The notes below the pieces were generated by a model, which saw only the letters and a program-made list of their open reading frames with translations, did not search any database and was not told the origin of the DNA. From contig CM120648.1 of assembly GCA_051362555.1 (NCBI GenBank), positions 12,272,587 to 12,336,586 of the forward strand: a stretch of 64,000 nt of DNA. Reading direction: 5' to 3'. Of the stretch, positions 14,201 through 27,773 are shown one piece after another (within the stretch, counting starts at the first letter, position 1; the number at the start of each line of letters is the position of its first letter). The translations under genes were made by a program, and so were the position numbers. The DNA comes from Lingula anatina (Eukaryota > Animalia > Brachiopoda).

Positions 14201-17200
14201 TTGGGGGAGGATATTACCTTTTACATCTATCAGTAAAAGTTCAAAGGTAAAATCCACAGATAAATCCAAACACAAAACATGCACAACACATTTTTTGACT
14301 TTTTACATTGACTTCATCCAATACAGATATCTTAGATAAAAATTCCACAAGTTAACTATCAGTATCAAAACCATGCAAAACAGATTTTCATTACATATTC
14401 AAATCAACATCAAATGGCCTATGTCATTTTTTCATCAAGCTTCATAAGACTACAATCACTACAAAATACTAAATAAATATACAAAAGTAATACATACGTT
14501 GCTAGACAAAGGAGGCAGCACAGTTATAGGGGTCAGCATGAGCAAACCAAGACAAGACCAATTTATCAGAATAAGATCTACTTGTAAAACAGGTGTTCAA
14601 TGCAGTTATGGCATGGACAACTTGGCATATAGTCAGAACCCAAGCTAGAGTTTGAACAATAGTGAGGATTATCTAGAAATAGTCCTTCAAAACACTATTT
14701 GTCAAAAACCAAATTTATCAGACCATGTTTGAAAAGTTCACCAATTTTGATTTTAAGGGTGGGGAGCAGGCATTTCCAGTGAAATTTTTTGCTTTTTATT
14801 AAAACTGGGATTGGACAACAGTTCGTCCCTATGCTACCTCCCCAGCTTCAGCAGGCGAAGCATCTTAGTGCAGCGAGGGGCGTTTGCAGCCAGAACATAG
14901 AGAGAAATCACAAACCCCGTCCTAGTATACCTGAGTATCCGAACTCACCAATCTATGACTCGCGTCGTGGAGCACGGCAGCGATCAGCGTGCCGGCCTTG
15001 TTGCTCACAACGAGAAGTTCGCAGGCGTCGCGTAGGAAGCTGAGGGGTATGCTGCCATCTTGTACCATGGGCCCTATGAGCTCCCCAAGGTAGTCCCAGA
15101 TCTTTGGAATATCGATCTCCATGTCCTCGGCAAATTCTAGGATTTCTTTGAGCCTGATAGGGTAATAGAAAATTTTCTTTTCTCAGTAAAGAAGAAGTAT
15201 TTTTCTTACACATTTTTCAACTTTCAAACTTCATTGTAAAGAATAGAAGAAAAATTAATGGACAATATTTCGTTTAATAAGATTGCAAGTCATCTAACTG
15301 AGCAAACATCCTTTTTAAATCCATTTCTTCTATTTATTATTTCCTTTCAATTTATGTTATTTTTTCTAGAGCAAGCAAAAGATAGAAATAGAAAGAGGCA
15401 AGACTTACCCTTTAAGATAAGCATCTACGGTGAGGTACTTTTGCTTGACTAGGTCGTGCAGTAAGTGGCCCGTGTGCCGCCGCGCCTGCACTGATCGTTC
15501 TAGCACGTGATTCAGGGCGGTGGACACGAAATGATGCATCATTCCTGGTGAGTTCAGTTCTGACACACATAATATGGCCTCCTAGAAGGAGAAAAAAGAA
15601 ATCATTGTAAAAACCATTCATTTTCTGTATACAGAATTGATTATTGCAAACAAACTTTTGCTAATTTCCCCCCCTTGTATTTTTTTTTACTTAACAATGA
15701 CTTCTTTTCTTTTCTTAAATATGTACACAAACTTCATACTCAATATTTTTTTCTCAAATACACAACACTCTTACTAAGGTCTACATAAATATCCTGTAAA
15801 AATACCAGTACCTTTCATCAAGATCAACCACTGGTCATATTTCAATCCCCCTCCCCCCCAACCCCATTCTGCCCTTACCTTTATGTCCTGTAGATGCAGG
15901 AATTCATCAATTATGGCTTTAGTTTTCCTCTCCATGTCAGCCTTGGATAACTCCTGGGCCAGAGGTGACGGGGCTTTCTCTACAGGTGAAGGACGGGACT
16001 CCGTCATCCTGGTTTTACTGTTTTCTCGGCTGTTGCCGCGACTACTGCCCTCCAAGCTACTGTCCCTTGAGGCTGGTCTGGCAAGATGTCTGTAACAATA
16101 ACCAGGGAGAAATGCGAGTTATAGTTTGGTTTTATTGGAAAAAATGACCTTTTGGTTTGTTCAAGGAAGACCCTAACACTTATGTGAAATTTTTTTCAAA
16201 AGTTTGCAAAAATAAAAAGATCCATTGTCAATTCCGATTCTTTCCTTTCTCCAAAAAATATCTAATAGGTGAATAAATTTCACTCTGATTACTTCAGCAC
16301 AGCAGGACTTCTTACCTAGCAGCATTGAGAGCACCCTCTCTACTTTCCTTCTCTTCTTCCCGTGACATTCTCCCCATGTGACGACCAGGCCGCATCATCT
16401 GCCCGCGTCCCTTGGCGTCACGCGCCGCCAGACCTCGAGCGGCACCTCTTCCCAACCCTCTTTGATCCAGACCATCCGTGGACCCGGAGAGAGCGGCGTA
16501 TCTGTTGCTCGGGGTGGAAGGACGCTCGTTCTCCTGGGATGCCTTGGCCCCCGCCCCACCTCCGCTGCTTCCCCTTCCCCAGCTGCCGAACCCTGGCCGT
16601 CCACCTGGACCTAATTGGATATTGTCATCTACTGGTTGCTGGAAAATGCGATTTAAAAGTTGTACATTGCGAATAAAGAAGTTTTACAGTGAACTTCTAT
16701 AGAGATTGATCATTTTATCATGTTATACACATATAAGGTCTTCTTTTTAAAAAGACTTCTATTTAAACATATAAGTGCACAATATTGTTTTCATAAAATA
16801 ACCAAGGCATTTTTAGGTTCTCTGACATCAACAGGGATTTGTCAACACTGGCATTCTGAGATATACGAGAATACTGCCCCTAGTGCTTCATTTCCTCTCT
16901 CCAACTTATTATTATTATCATTATTATTATTATTATTATTTGTTAAATAGGACTCGTAAATCATTTCAGCACTGTGCGTGTATGGGGACCATATGTGACA
17001 ACTGTGTGAAGATCACAGTATATCCGTGGTACAGACCGCACTGGTGATAATGTACGCAAGTTTGAAGAGTGATAACACCCAAGTTATAACCCATGGTGAC
17101 TTGCTGAAAGCCAAAACTGAGGGTGTGGGGTCAAAAATCAGAATAAGCCTTAAAATTGGTCTTGACTTTCAGACACAAAACTTTTGTCCCAAGCAGTTCC

Positions 17201-19792
17201 AGGTAAATCCTTAACAGTCCAGAAACCTTCATTTTGGATGGGCCTTTTCTACAGACCATGCAGTCTGCTTGCATGTGTATGAGAGAAAACATGGGTATGC
17301 TTGCATGCGTGTGCCTGCCGATGCGTGAGTACCTTAGAGATCTTCATCTTGGATGGGTCAATCCTGCTGGCCTTAGCACTGCCCACTGTACTCCAGCCGC
17401 TCTCGTCCTGACGCTGGGGCTGGTTGCCTGGAAACACAACTATTCACATCAGCAAAACTCCCAAATACAAACATATAAATTTATCAAGTTGTGTGAAGCT
17501 TATTGTCAAATGAGACTTAACAAGATTTACATTTATGGGAAGTATACATGACGTGAGGACTTTGCCATGGAAAAGATAATATTTTATAAAATCTTATCTT
17601 GTTAGTGATTCATGCAAGTGGGGCATCAGATCTGGATCAAAAAGAAATTGCACTTCTCTGTTGATTTGTTCACATAAGGCTTTCACTTGAATGTGAAACA
17701 TGTTTGATTCAGAACTTGCAGGAAAAAAAAAAAGGTTCAATTTTTCAATTTTGTTCCTTTCCCTGGAAAATTTCATTCCAACCTCTTCAAAATGGGGGGC
17801 AGAAACAACAACAATACACATCAGCAACACTCCAAATACAAACTCATAAATTTTACATGTTTTGTGACACTGTTAACCACATGTGCCCAAGGAGAAAAAA
17901 TATCACCCAACAATTCTAATTTCAACCTGGCTGCTGATTCATGCAAGTTAGGACACTGAGGTATCAGTCCATAATACTCCAGTCTAAACAGAACCGGTGC
18001 ACTGACCTCCTCTGTCTCCTCTCTCACGACCGCGCGGGCGACCCTGTTGACCCATCTGGTGCTGCTGAGGTGCCAGGTCCCGTAATAGGGCCTTCTCTGC
18101 GGCCTCTTTCTCAGCCTCTTTGTGAATCTGGTCGATGGTCTTGGGGTTGGTCTCGTCTCTCCTTGGAACCCAGTTGCTCTGGAAGAGTGTGAGAGGAAAA
18201 CGTTTTATTTATTGACATTCACAAGATATGTGTAGTAATATACATTTTCTCCCACACTCACTCATACACCTTCTTCTATATGTAAATATATATGCTGATA
18301 TATATTTTTTCACTTACATAATAGTATATGTACCATGTACCACATTTTTGTCGTATGTCCTCCTTTTAAGTATCATTTTCCTATGTAAAACTTAATTTCC
18401 TGTACTAAATTGGTTTTTATTCTACACTGATTTTCATTGTTTATTGTGTTTTGATGTTTCTATTGGCAATGTGGGTTCCAGACAAATTACTCAAGTATGG
18501 ACAAGCCAGTCAGGTGACCAAGGCACTTTGTTGCACAGACCATATGTCTTGTCTCACAGTTAAAAATACTTGGTCTCCTTTGAAATGGGTTAACTGACTT
18601 TTAACCTATTTCACATTTCTTACTGCCATGTAATTACACTTAATCATTATGGTTATGATACTAGTAAAATTTGAAGTGCACAAGGTGACTTAATATGTTA
18701 CGTCCAATGAACATGCATTTGAACAATTTAAGAAAACACAATAGTAAAACCAATCACTTTTCCATTACCTTTACAGACGCAAGCAACTGAAGAGAGATAT
18801 TTAAAGAAAAATATACAAAATCAACCAAGTTCTGACTGAAGGTTTTCAGTAACTTTAGACCACTGACCTGCCTCAGATCTATCACATCTTGGAGCATGAA
18901 GCGCACCCTGGAGGAAGTTTTCCTCTGCTGGACTATTTGGTTCATACGGTTGAAATACTGGTCAACTTTGGGCTGTAATCAGCGAAGTAAGAGATAAAAT
19001 ATAGTAACTTGCTGATTCCATGTCCGTACTTTTTAATTCACTCATTCATTTCATCTTTTAATTCATTAATGTATTCTGATTCGAACTACTGATTTTGACA
19101 AAATGTGAATTTATTGATAGCCTTACACACTGTAACGAAGATTAAAGAGGAGAAAGCTGATTACGAAAAAACTCTCTCCCCAAATACATTCAACAAAAAC
19201 TTAACTACAAAAATGCTGCACCCTTCCAAAATCTCAAGTTCTCTTCATCCAACTCTCACCCAAAACAGCAGAGACATAACTGATAAAGAACCCCATAAAC
19301 TCTACCAATGTTTAACACTTTACTGTTAAAACAAAATTCTACAACCTCCTAAAATTATAAGTCTTTTTGAGCTGGATATCCTCCAAAAGAAGGTTAAATA
19401 GTCATTGAAATCAGCAGAGCCAACTCCCGCCAGCCTCACCTTTGCCTTGGGGTGATCTATTAGTTTGCCTACGGTACTCATTAGTCTACATAAACATTCT
19501 ATAGACTCCTCGTCACCCGCCTTCAGCAGCTTAAATAGACAGTTGTGCATAATTGCCTCTGTGAGCATCTCTAGCTTGAATAATTCACCGATAAATCTGA
19601 AACAAAGATGGCAAAGGTTGAGTGAACAGTCATTTTTTTCTCTATGGATTTTTAACATTACAATCCATTATACGTCCATGAATTATTTATACAATTTTTA
19701 TTCTGTATGTATCTGCCATCAGGGCTCATGCAATATATGTCATCAAAAGCTGAAGACAATGATATATATATAGCCACTCCTTCATACATTAG

Positions 19793-19825
<33 letters not shown>

Positions 19826-22452
19826 CGCGAGTTTGTGTGCATGTGAGAGAGTGAGTGAGTGGAGGGGTGGGGGGCACTGGTGAACGGCAATGGACCTTTT
19901 CAACTAGAACTACACATAGTGCAAATTTTATGGATAACCTACTTAATATTTCCCAGGGACCGCCTCCTAGCCTTCATCTCTTTTTCATCTATCTGCATCT
20001 GGATTAGTTTTTTCTTCTCCTCCTGAAAAAGTCAAATGACATGTTTTTAAAGAATGAAAATACAGATTTTACTTCTCCTCCTGAAAAAGTCAAATGACAT
20101 GTTTTTAAAGAATGAAAATACAGATTTTACTATCTTAATTGTATTAAAATCCAATGAAGTTAATTTGCCTGAATATAGTTTCTTGAATAGATGAAAAAGA
20201 TCATTGAATAGATGAAAAAGATCAATCTTAATCAGTTTTAAAGGAGTATTTTCACCAATAACTCCTCTAAGAGGTTAATTCAAAAGAAAATTAATATTTT
20301 GAGATGTCTTTTACCGTATCAGCCTCTTCGAGTTCTTTAAGCTTCTTTTGCTTCTCTGTCTCATTCTCCGTCTCATCTTCATTATTCTGCTCGAATTCTC
20401 TCTGGCACTTGTTGAGCAATAATTTCCTAAAGTTCACCTCTCTTCCTGTACCTGCCTCGTCTGGCACCTTGAGCTGAAAGTACACAGAGAGGTTATAAAA
20501 CCCTCAATTCCAAGAAATTCTATACCACTTTTTCTAGTAACTTGGCTCTCGATTCCAAGAAAATCTATACCAATTTTCAGTAACTCTATCTTAAAGGAAA
20601 TAATTCGAAATGATCTTTAATTATGTGGGAACAAAGAATGGAAATTTGATCATAAGAAGCTTCATAAACGAGGAATTCACGTTTCAACACCTGTTGTTCT
20701 GACAGGGATAACTTTTTCTCATCATCAGCTTCAATACATTTCTACAAATGAAATAAATTTTTTCCCTTATTTCTATAAAATATAAGAAATATGACCAAAA
20801 CCAGTGACAGTTAGAATTCTTTAAGAAAACAGTCAACATACTCACACACACACACAAATGCTGTCTCATTTTCTTCTCTCTCTCTTTGTCATGCATACAC
20901 ACTATGCACACAGACAAACGCACACACACACATTGTCCCTTTTTTATCTCTTATTTTCTCATGCACTCTTTATACTCACCCTGGCCAAATGTTTACACAT
21001 GTTTGCATAGGCAACGCTGAAGTTGGGCTCATCCACAGCCTGAAATATATCAAAGTAGAAATCAGAACACCTGCTTTCTTTACTTCCTCCATATCATATC
21101 ATATGCCATGAAAACGTGATATTTGGGCTCTGATCAAAATTTTAACAAACAATTAGATTCTCTATCTTAAAAATATCCTCCTGAAGAAGAAAAATAGTTC
21201 AGGGTTTAAATATCTTACCTTTTCATATATTAGGTCAATGAGACCCTTGAGTTTGGGTTCAGAGTCAATGGGGAGCTGCAGGATCTGCTCCATCAACACA
21301 GCAAACTTCTGGGGCGTTAACTTGTTAAGAATACCTCGTACACGCCTCAGTAAGTCCTGCAAAGAATAATTTTATGATAAGTATTGGAGACCCAAGGTTT
21401 TGCATGGTTGTTAAAAGTGTGATACAGCAATTGAGGGGAGAAGATTCTAAATGGGTGACATTCAAATCAACATCCTAACATTTTATTACACGAAGCTTCA
21501 TAAACGAGGAATTCATGTTTCAACACCTGTTGTTCTGACAGGGATAACTTTTTCTCATCATCAGCTTCAAATTTCTCATTAAGTAAGGTATCTCTACAAT
21601 ACAATGAGAACACACTTTGGAAGTCACAGAGCAAAGATGATACAATCCATTTGAAACACCTTCATTTGCCCTTACTCATACTATTTTTGTTTAACTGACT
21701 TATCTTTGGCTTTTCCTACTTTTTCCTCTCTGTCCTCCATAAAAATATTTTTAAGACGAATGACTAACCTCTGTCTTGGCCTCCTCATCTTTCTCTTTGT
21801 TATTATCCTTTTTGGCAGGTTTCCAAGCATTCTCGGTGGGTTTGAGCTGAGCCTCTTGACTGATCTGCACACTGCGGATTATCTTAATCTCCTTTTGCGG
21901 CTTCTGCTGGCTGCGACGTCCGCCGCTCCCACCACCTCCACCCATTGGCTAAAATGAAAAAGCAGGGAAATAAGAAATGCAGATGTGAATTGTATAAGTG
22001 ACCCCCCTTCCCAAGTAGATTTTTTAAAAAAATCTCTGTAAGACATTTTAACAATTCTGTTCCCACCATTTTAGCAAGAGTCAGAACTATTATTCATTTA
22101 GTTTTTCCTTTTAAATAGGATGCTGGGGACTTACCAACATATAGTTGGCAAAACACACATCGTGTAGACTAAATCATGAACTAAGATCATTAAGGGAAAC
22201 TTTCAACAATCAACAGATTTCCCCAAATCTAAGCAAAAAAAATTCTTATTCACTCAAAAGCCCTCTCTCTACACTGGTTAACGAGGTTGTAAGAAAGCAG
22301 CTAACATGCTAATTTTTTAAGAAGCTTCATAAACGAGGAATTCACGTTTCAACACCTGTTGTTCTGACAGGGATAACTTTTTCTCATCATCAGCTTCCAT
22401 AAAAGGCTACAAATCTTATAATCAAACCCCATCTCAAGCAGCAAAAACAAGA

Positions 22453-22483
<31 letters not shown>

Positions 22484-25400
22484 TGAAAAAAAGCACCCTG
22501 AATATCCAGGGTACATTTCTAGACCAACTCACCCCTCCAGGACCCCTGGGAGAGACGGCAGACTTGACGAACCCGGGGGTGAAGTCCACCCCTCCACTGT
22601 GAGCACCGGAGTACAAGTTTCCCTTCATTGGGCGACTGTGAGGCTGAAAATATAACATAATACACAGGTTACTCACAATTCACACCATGTATGTTAACAC
22701 ACACAGTGTGACTTCCCTTCACTGGGCAACTGTGAGGCTGGAAATACATCATACACAATTCACATCATATAAATATATATATACACACACAAAGAGTCAT
22801 TCCAATGGCATGGCTTCTGTAGAAAGGTCACAGATATTAATATTGGATTAGGATTATAAAAGTATTTGCATCATGTTACATCGGACAGGCTTCCTTATAC
22901 ACAAAGCTGTTCTTTATGTAAAAAAGTGCTTATACAATCAGTTATGACGTCAATATCTTGGTGAAATACAAGATGACTTATTGAAGAGGATTGTGACTAT
23001 AAATATGTGACAGAAATAAAACTGTAGATGAAAATCCCTGACACGCTTTTGTTAGCTTCACACACAAAGAGTTTTTGGTGAACCCCATTTCTTCTATTTT
23101 TAGAAACTTTAAGATAAAAATAACTGGGAAGTTGAGTTACTCTTTTGCATGACACTTATTGATCACCCATTGTCCCAATGTTTAAAACTGGAAATGATAT
23201 AATTTTTTTTTAAAATTTCCCCATTATTATTCACTTGTGTACCACATATTCTAGGGCTGCACTTAGAACAGTGGACTGACTAGTCCGAGGGTCAAATATG
23301 GCTGACCCATTTGAATACTTCCCCGCAGGAGGAATCCACTTAGTGTCTAGTAGCAGATTAGACATCAAGCTTTTTAGTGCACGGCCATATTTGTCCAATG
23401 GACAAGTTAGCCCACAATTCTGAATGCGGCCTAAACTTACCCGTTCTAATATCACATCAGGGAGTTTTGGGAGGCCTTCTGGCTTTGTCAGGGAGTCACT
23501 AGAAAACTGCATCTGCAGCAAAAACTCCCTGTCGTATTCCTTCTTCCCTTCTGGGTTCAGAGGGCTCCACTGGTCTGAAAATACAAGACAAGCCAATCTT
23601 CAATCGTCATCAATATATAGAGGAACTCATCTCCACAATTATTTCTCGAGAATGTGTTAAGTAACTGACAATAATTCACAAACTCTAAACACCTTAGTAT
23701 ATTTAGTCAGAGAAACACTGGAGGTAATACTATTTCGATATTAAGCTGTAATATTAAATAACTTCATTCCAAACACCTTGCTTTCAATATCTTGTATTTT
23801 CCAGTTTAATCATAATTCTTCAGACACTGGATGAAACTTTAAGATATAATAAAAACTCCCTTTTTTAATGAATGAATGCTCATTTTTTCTTAGAAATACT
23901 GGCAAGACTGCTTTGTGAAATATAATCAATTACATCACTTTGAATACTGCAAGTACTTTCCGTAATCGATGCTCAAATAATTGCATCAAATTCTTTGTTT
24001 TAAGACCACATGGTTCGTCTCCAAGGTGATTCCAGTTGTCAGAGTACCAGAGTAAATCGCCATTCCCACAAGTGCCAAAAATTCTATAAAAAAATTCTGT
24101 AAATGTCTGCACTGAACCCCATATACCCATATATACCGCCTACCTTCTTTATATTCATATTTGAGCTCTGGAGTGGGAGGAGCCTGATCCCCTTTCTGTT
24201 GACTCTCCAATGTTTTGGCACTGTTTTTCTGGTTTTCCTCCGCCACATTATTTTCATTGTCTTTCTCAACCACCTCAATTTCCACCTGCCTCACCGAGGC
24301 TGGGTCACCTTTATCATCCGCTTTTGCATTGCTTTTTACAGAGTCTCCTTTTTCCTCGGGCTCCACATTTGCGACTTCTTTAGTCGATTCTGACGACCGC
24401 ATCATTTCTGCAGGAAGTTGGAGGCCAGACAGCCCTTTTGTAGGCTGATCTGCCACCGCCGTCGTCGTCGTCGTCGTTCGCACCATTTCTGCGGGTAAAC
24501 TGAGACCTTGAAGACCTTGTGATGCACTGGAGTCAGTTTTGACCATTTCTGCGGGTAAACTAATCCCCGACAGAGGAGGACCCTGTTTAGTTTCTGGTCT
24601 GGACTTGTGTTCTCCCTTCTGTTCCCCTGGGGGTGGTGGTTGTTTGTCTATATTGTTGACTACTGGAGTACTACTGGAGTTGTCATGGTCAGCTGAGGAT
24701 TGCTGGGAAGTGGAGGCCTGAAACACAGGGGAGAAGACATGTTGACTGGTGCATGCTGGGAAAAGGCAGACATGTTGAATGATGTTTCAAGGGAAAATTC
24801 TATTATGTTCTACCATTTACCTAACCAAAAGACTGACATGTTTAATAATGTGGATGACTATTTTTTTGATGAAATCTGAGACAGGAATCTCTTTTCATCG
24901 ACTATCTTCTTTAATGGGAACAAACAAATTGTATCTATTAACACAGTAATATGTACAATCTCCAAGGAAATATCCAACTGAAGATTTGCTATTTTATCCA
25001 CTTTCTACAAAAATCTGTAACATAACAACTTCCTGGCGATATTACCACGATTGTAGGGACAACTGGTGTTTTTGGCTCACAAACTAAATACAAACAGAGT
25101 GATCTAATCTCCATGGGATTTTTGTGGTTTTCCTCATGACAGTTTCAAATTTCTTCACTTGTATTAAGTATGTGATAGGGGCATAGAAGACTAAATAAGG
25201 AGTTCCAAGTCTGGAATTTCGTTAACACTGAGGTGATACAGCATTGAGAAGCTTTTCAGGTGCAATTATTTTATATGAAAGCCTAATATCATTTCATATC
25301 AGTAACAACTTCATACAAGATAGTCTGGCTGGCTAAAAGTCAAATTCCTTTAAAACGACTGCACAAACATATTTCTAAAGTAAAGTTAACCAAACAATGT

Positions 25401-27710
25401 TCACCGACAGAAAGTCTCTTTCTCAGTAGAGGTTGCCACTGTCCCCCAAGACAAGCCCCATCCCTACCTGATCCATGTCAGAGGTGTCCAGGTCAGTTCC
25501 TGGCCTGTCTTCTGCCTTCTGGCTCGGCTCTGGCTGCTTCTGCTTCCTGGTCAGGGACGCCTTCCGGCCTAGAAATGGATAATGTTCATGTATCACTGTA
25601 CAATATTTATGATTTATGTTCATAAAGGAAAGGGTATCTACAGATACCTACATCATAATATAGTACTTATTTATTTCTTGATGACTGCATAGGAAGTCTT
25701 TGTGAAAACGAAAACGTGCACTGCAATAAGTAAACAAAAACCAAATCCTAAGAGGTACTTGAAAAAGTATTCCAAATACTTGTGCTAAAAGAATCTTTCT
25801 TTTTCACTTCACGTACATATTCTTAAGATATCTCATCTTCCTGTGGCAAAGTAAAAGTAATGCTACATGTGACTTCTTTTACAGCAAATTACGCAACCTC
25901 ATGCTGGTGAAAGAAAAAGTATTAAATACCTAAAATGAAAACACTCCTTAAAATATAAAACTGTTAAAAAGAATAATAAAGCCTTCATAGGAGTACAAGA
26001 TGACTTCATATAACTTCTCACCTAGAGTACGTTTTAAACAGGTATTCAAAATTCCAATACTAATAGGAATACTTCCATCCTTTCATGAGACAGGCACTTA
26101 AGATCATAACACAGATATCTCTAATGAAAATACCATCCATTACTTTTTGCATGGAACCTCAAAAAGCTGTTCATTCTACAAAGAGAAGAGAAACCATATG
26201 CTGATGTATCCCAAGACCCAGTTAACCAAGTCTAAAGCCAGTTTTTGGGGGCTTAAATCTCAGCCGACGAAGACTTAGCTGACTAAACTCTCTCTGATGT
26301 ATCCCAAGACCCAGTTAACCAAGTCTAAAGCCAGTTTTGGGGGCTTAAATATCAGCCGACGAAGACTTAGCTGACTAAACTCTCTCTGATGTATCCCAAG
26401 ACCCAGTTAACCAAGTCTAAAGCCAGTTTTGGGGGCTTAAATATCAGCCGACGAAGACTTAGCTGACTAAACTCTCTCTGATGTATCCCAAGACCCAGTT
26501 AACCAAGTCTAAAGCCAGTTTTGGGGGCTTAAATATCAGCCTACGAAGACTTAGCTGACTAAACTCTCTCTCTGTGGGAAACGTAGCCGATTTAGGTATG
26601 ACAGATGTACTTATTGAACCAAGCATTAAAAATAAAATTAAAAAAGGGAAACTACAACCAATATCACACAGATAACTTTCCTTAGTCGTCTATCTTATTT
26701 CAGCAGTCTAAAAGCTTACTTAGCCCAAAAACTTAATAGACTAATAAAGCAGCACATCTTACCTTGGTGTGTGACATACCAGCACTGAACAGATATATGC
26801 TAAACTTAAGTGCTATCTGCAGTATTATCTGCCTAATTGTACCTTAATGCTTCTTAATGGGAAGTGAATGCCCAGGCTTGGCACACTGTGGGTCTTGATG
26901 AATATTCCACATAGTGCTCAATATTCACCTTACATTTATATAAGACATCAAGAGGTGACCTTTATACCAAATATCAAGCACTGGTTCACCTGTTTCCCCC
27001 TTCCATCTTTTATCTAATTGTATCAAAGCAGTACTCTTTGCTGTGAAGAGAGAGGGCAACTTCACATATTGCTGGTCAAGGTAAACTGACCACTGGTAAT
27101 CAAAATCCTGGACTGCATCTCCAATATCGTGGACCAATAACATAAGACAACTGTCACATAAGTTTTGACCCAAGATACAACCACAGGTCTAATTTGGCCT
27201 GAAAAGCAGGTTAACTTTCTTTACTGCCTCTACAATGAAAAGAATCCTGTAGCCTATCTACAAACCTCAATTTCCAACACCACTGATTTTTTTTCTTATT
27301 TTTTCCTACAGTAATTTTCTGTGCTGATATGACTAGAATATTAGGCTATTTACAAGTCACAGTAAAAGAATTTCTTTTCATCATTATATACATTCTCCTC
27401 CACATATTTTCCTTATATCACCTATCCCTACACTCATCACATTTCATTTGCATGCTTTCTATACCTGTTCTCCCATAACAATACACACAGGATAGATAAC
27501 CCAGTCGGTCAGTTTTCCTTATCTCTCTAGCTCTGTGTATTTAAGTGTCATCTGAATACCTTTGTTCACTATCTTCACCACAGGTATTACTCACATATAC
27601 TGGTACCTACTTGTTTACATGTGCTGGAACAATATACAACACATTCTCAATAACAGCCAATGTCACAATGTCACAATAAACTACATATCCAGGAACAATT
27701 TTTTTCTTTA

Positions 27711-27773
<63 letters not shown>

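Noticed and set aside
16965-17108. TTCAGCA...TGCTGAA terminal stem ending in CTGA on the minus strand, as a possible snoRNA
   Set aside because: No box C next to the stem and no recognisable rRNA or snRNA guide.
18500-18512. ACAAGCCAGT match to 28S rRNA
   Set aside because: On the transcribed (minus) strand it is sense to rRNA rather than antisense, and it has no C/D box frame.
14789-19773. Multiple + strand ORFs overlapping eIF4G exons
   Set aside because: Antisense shadows of GC-rich coding exons.
26201-26570. CRISPR-like appearance of the 92-bp array and of the four 75-nt repeats
   Set aside because: The array has no unique spacers, the context is eukaryotic and there are no cas genes; the 75-nt repeats are explained as intronic snoRNAs.
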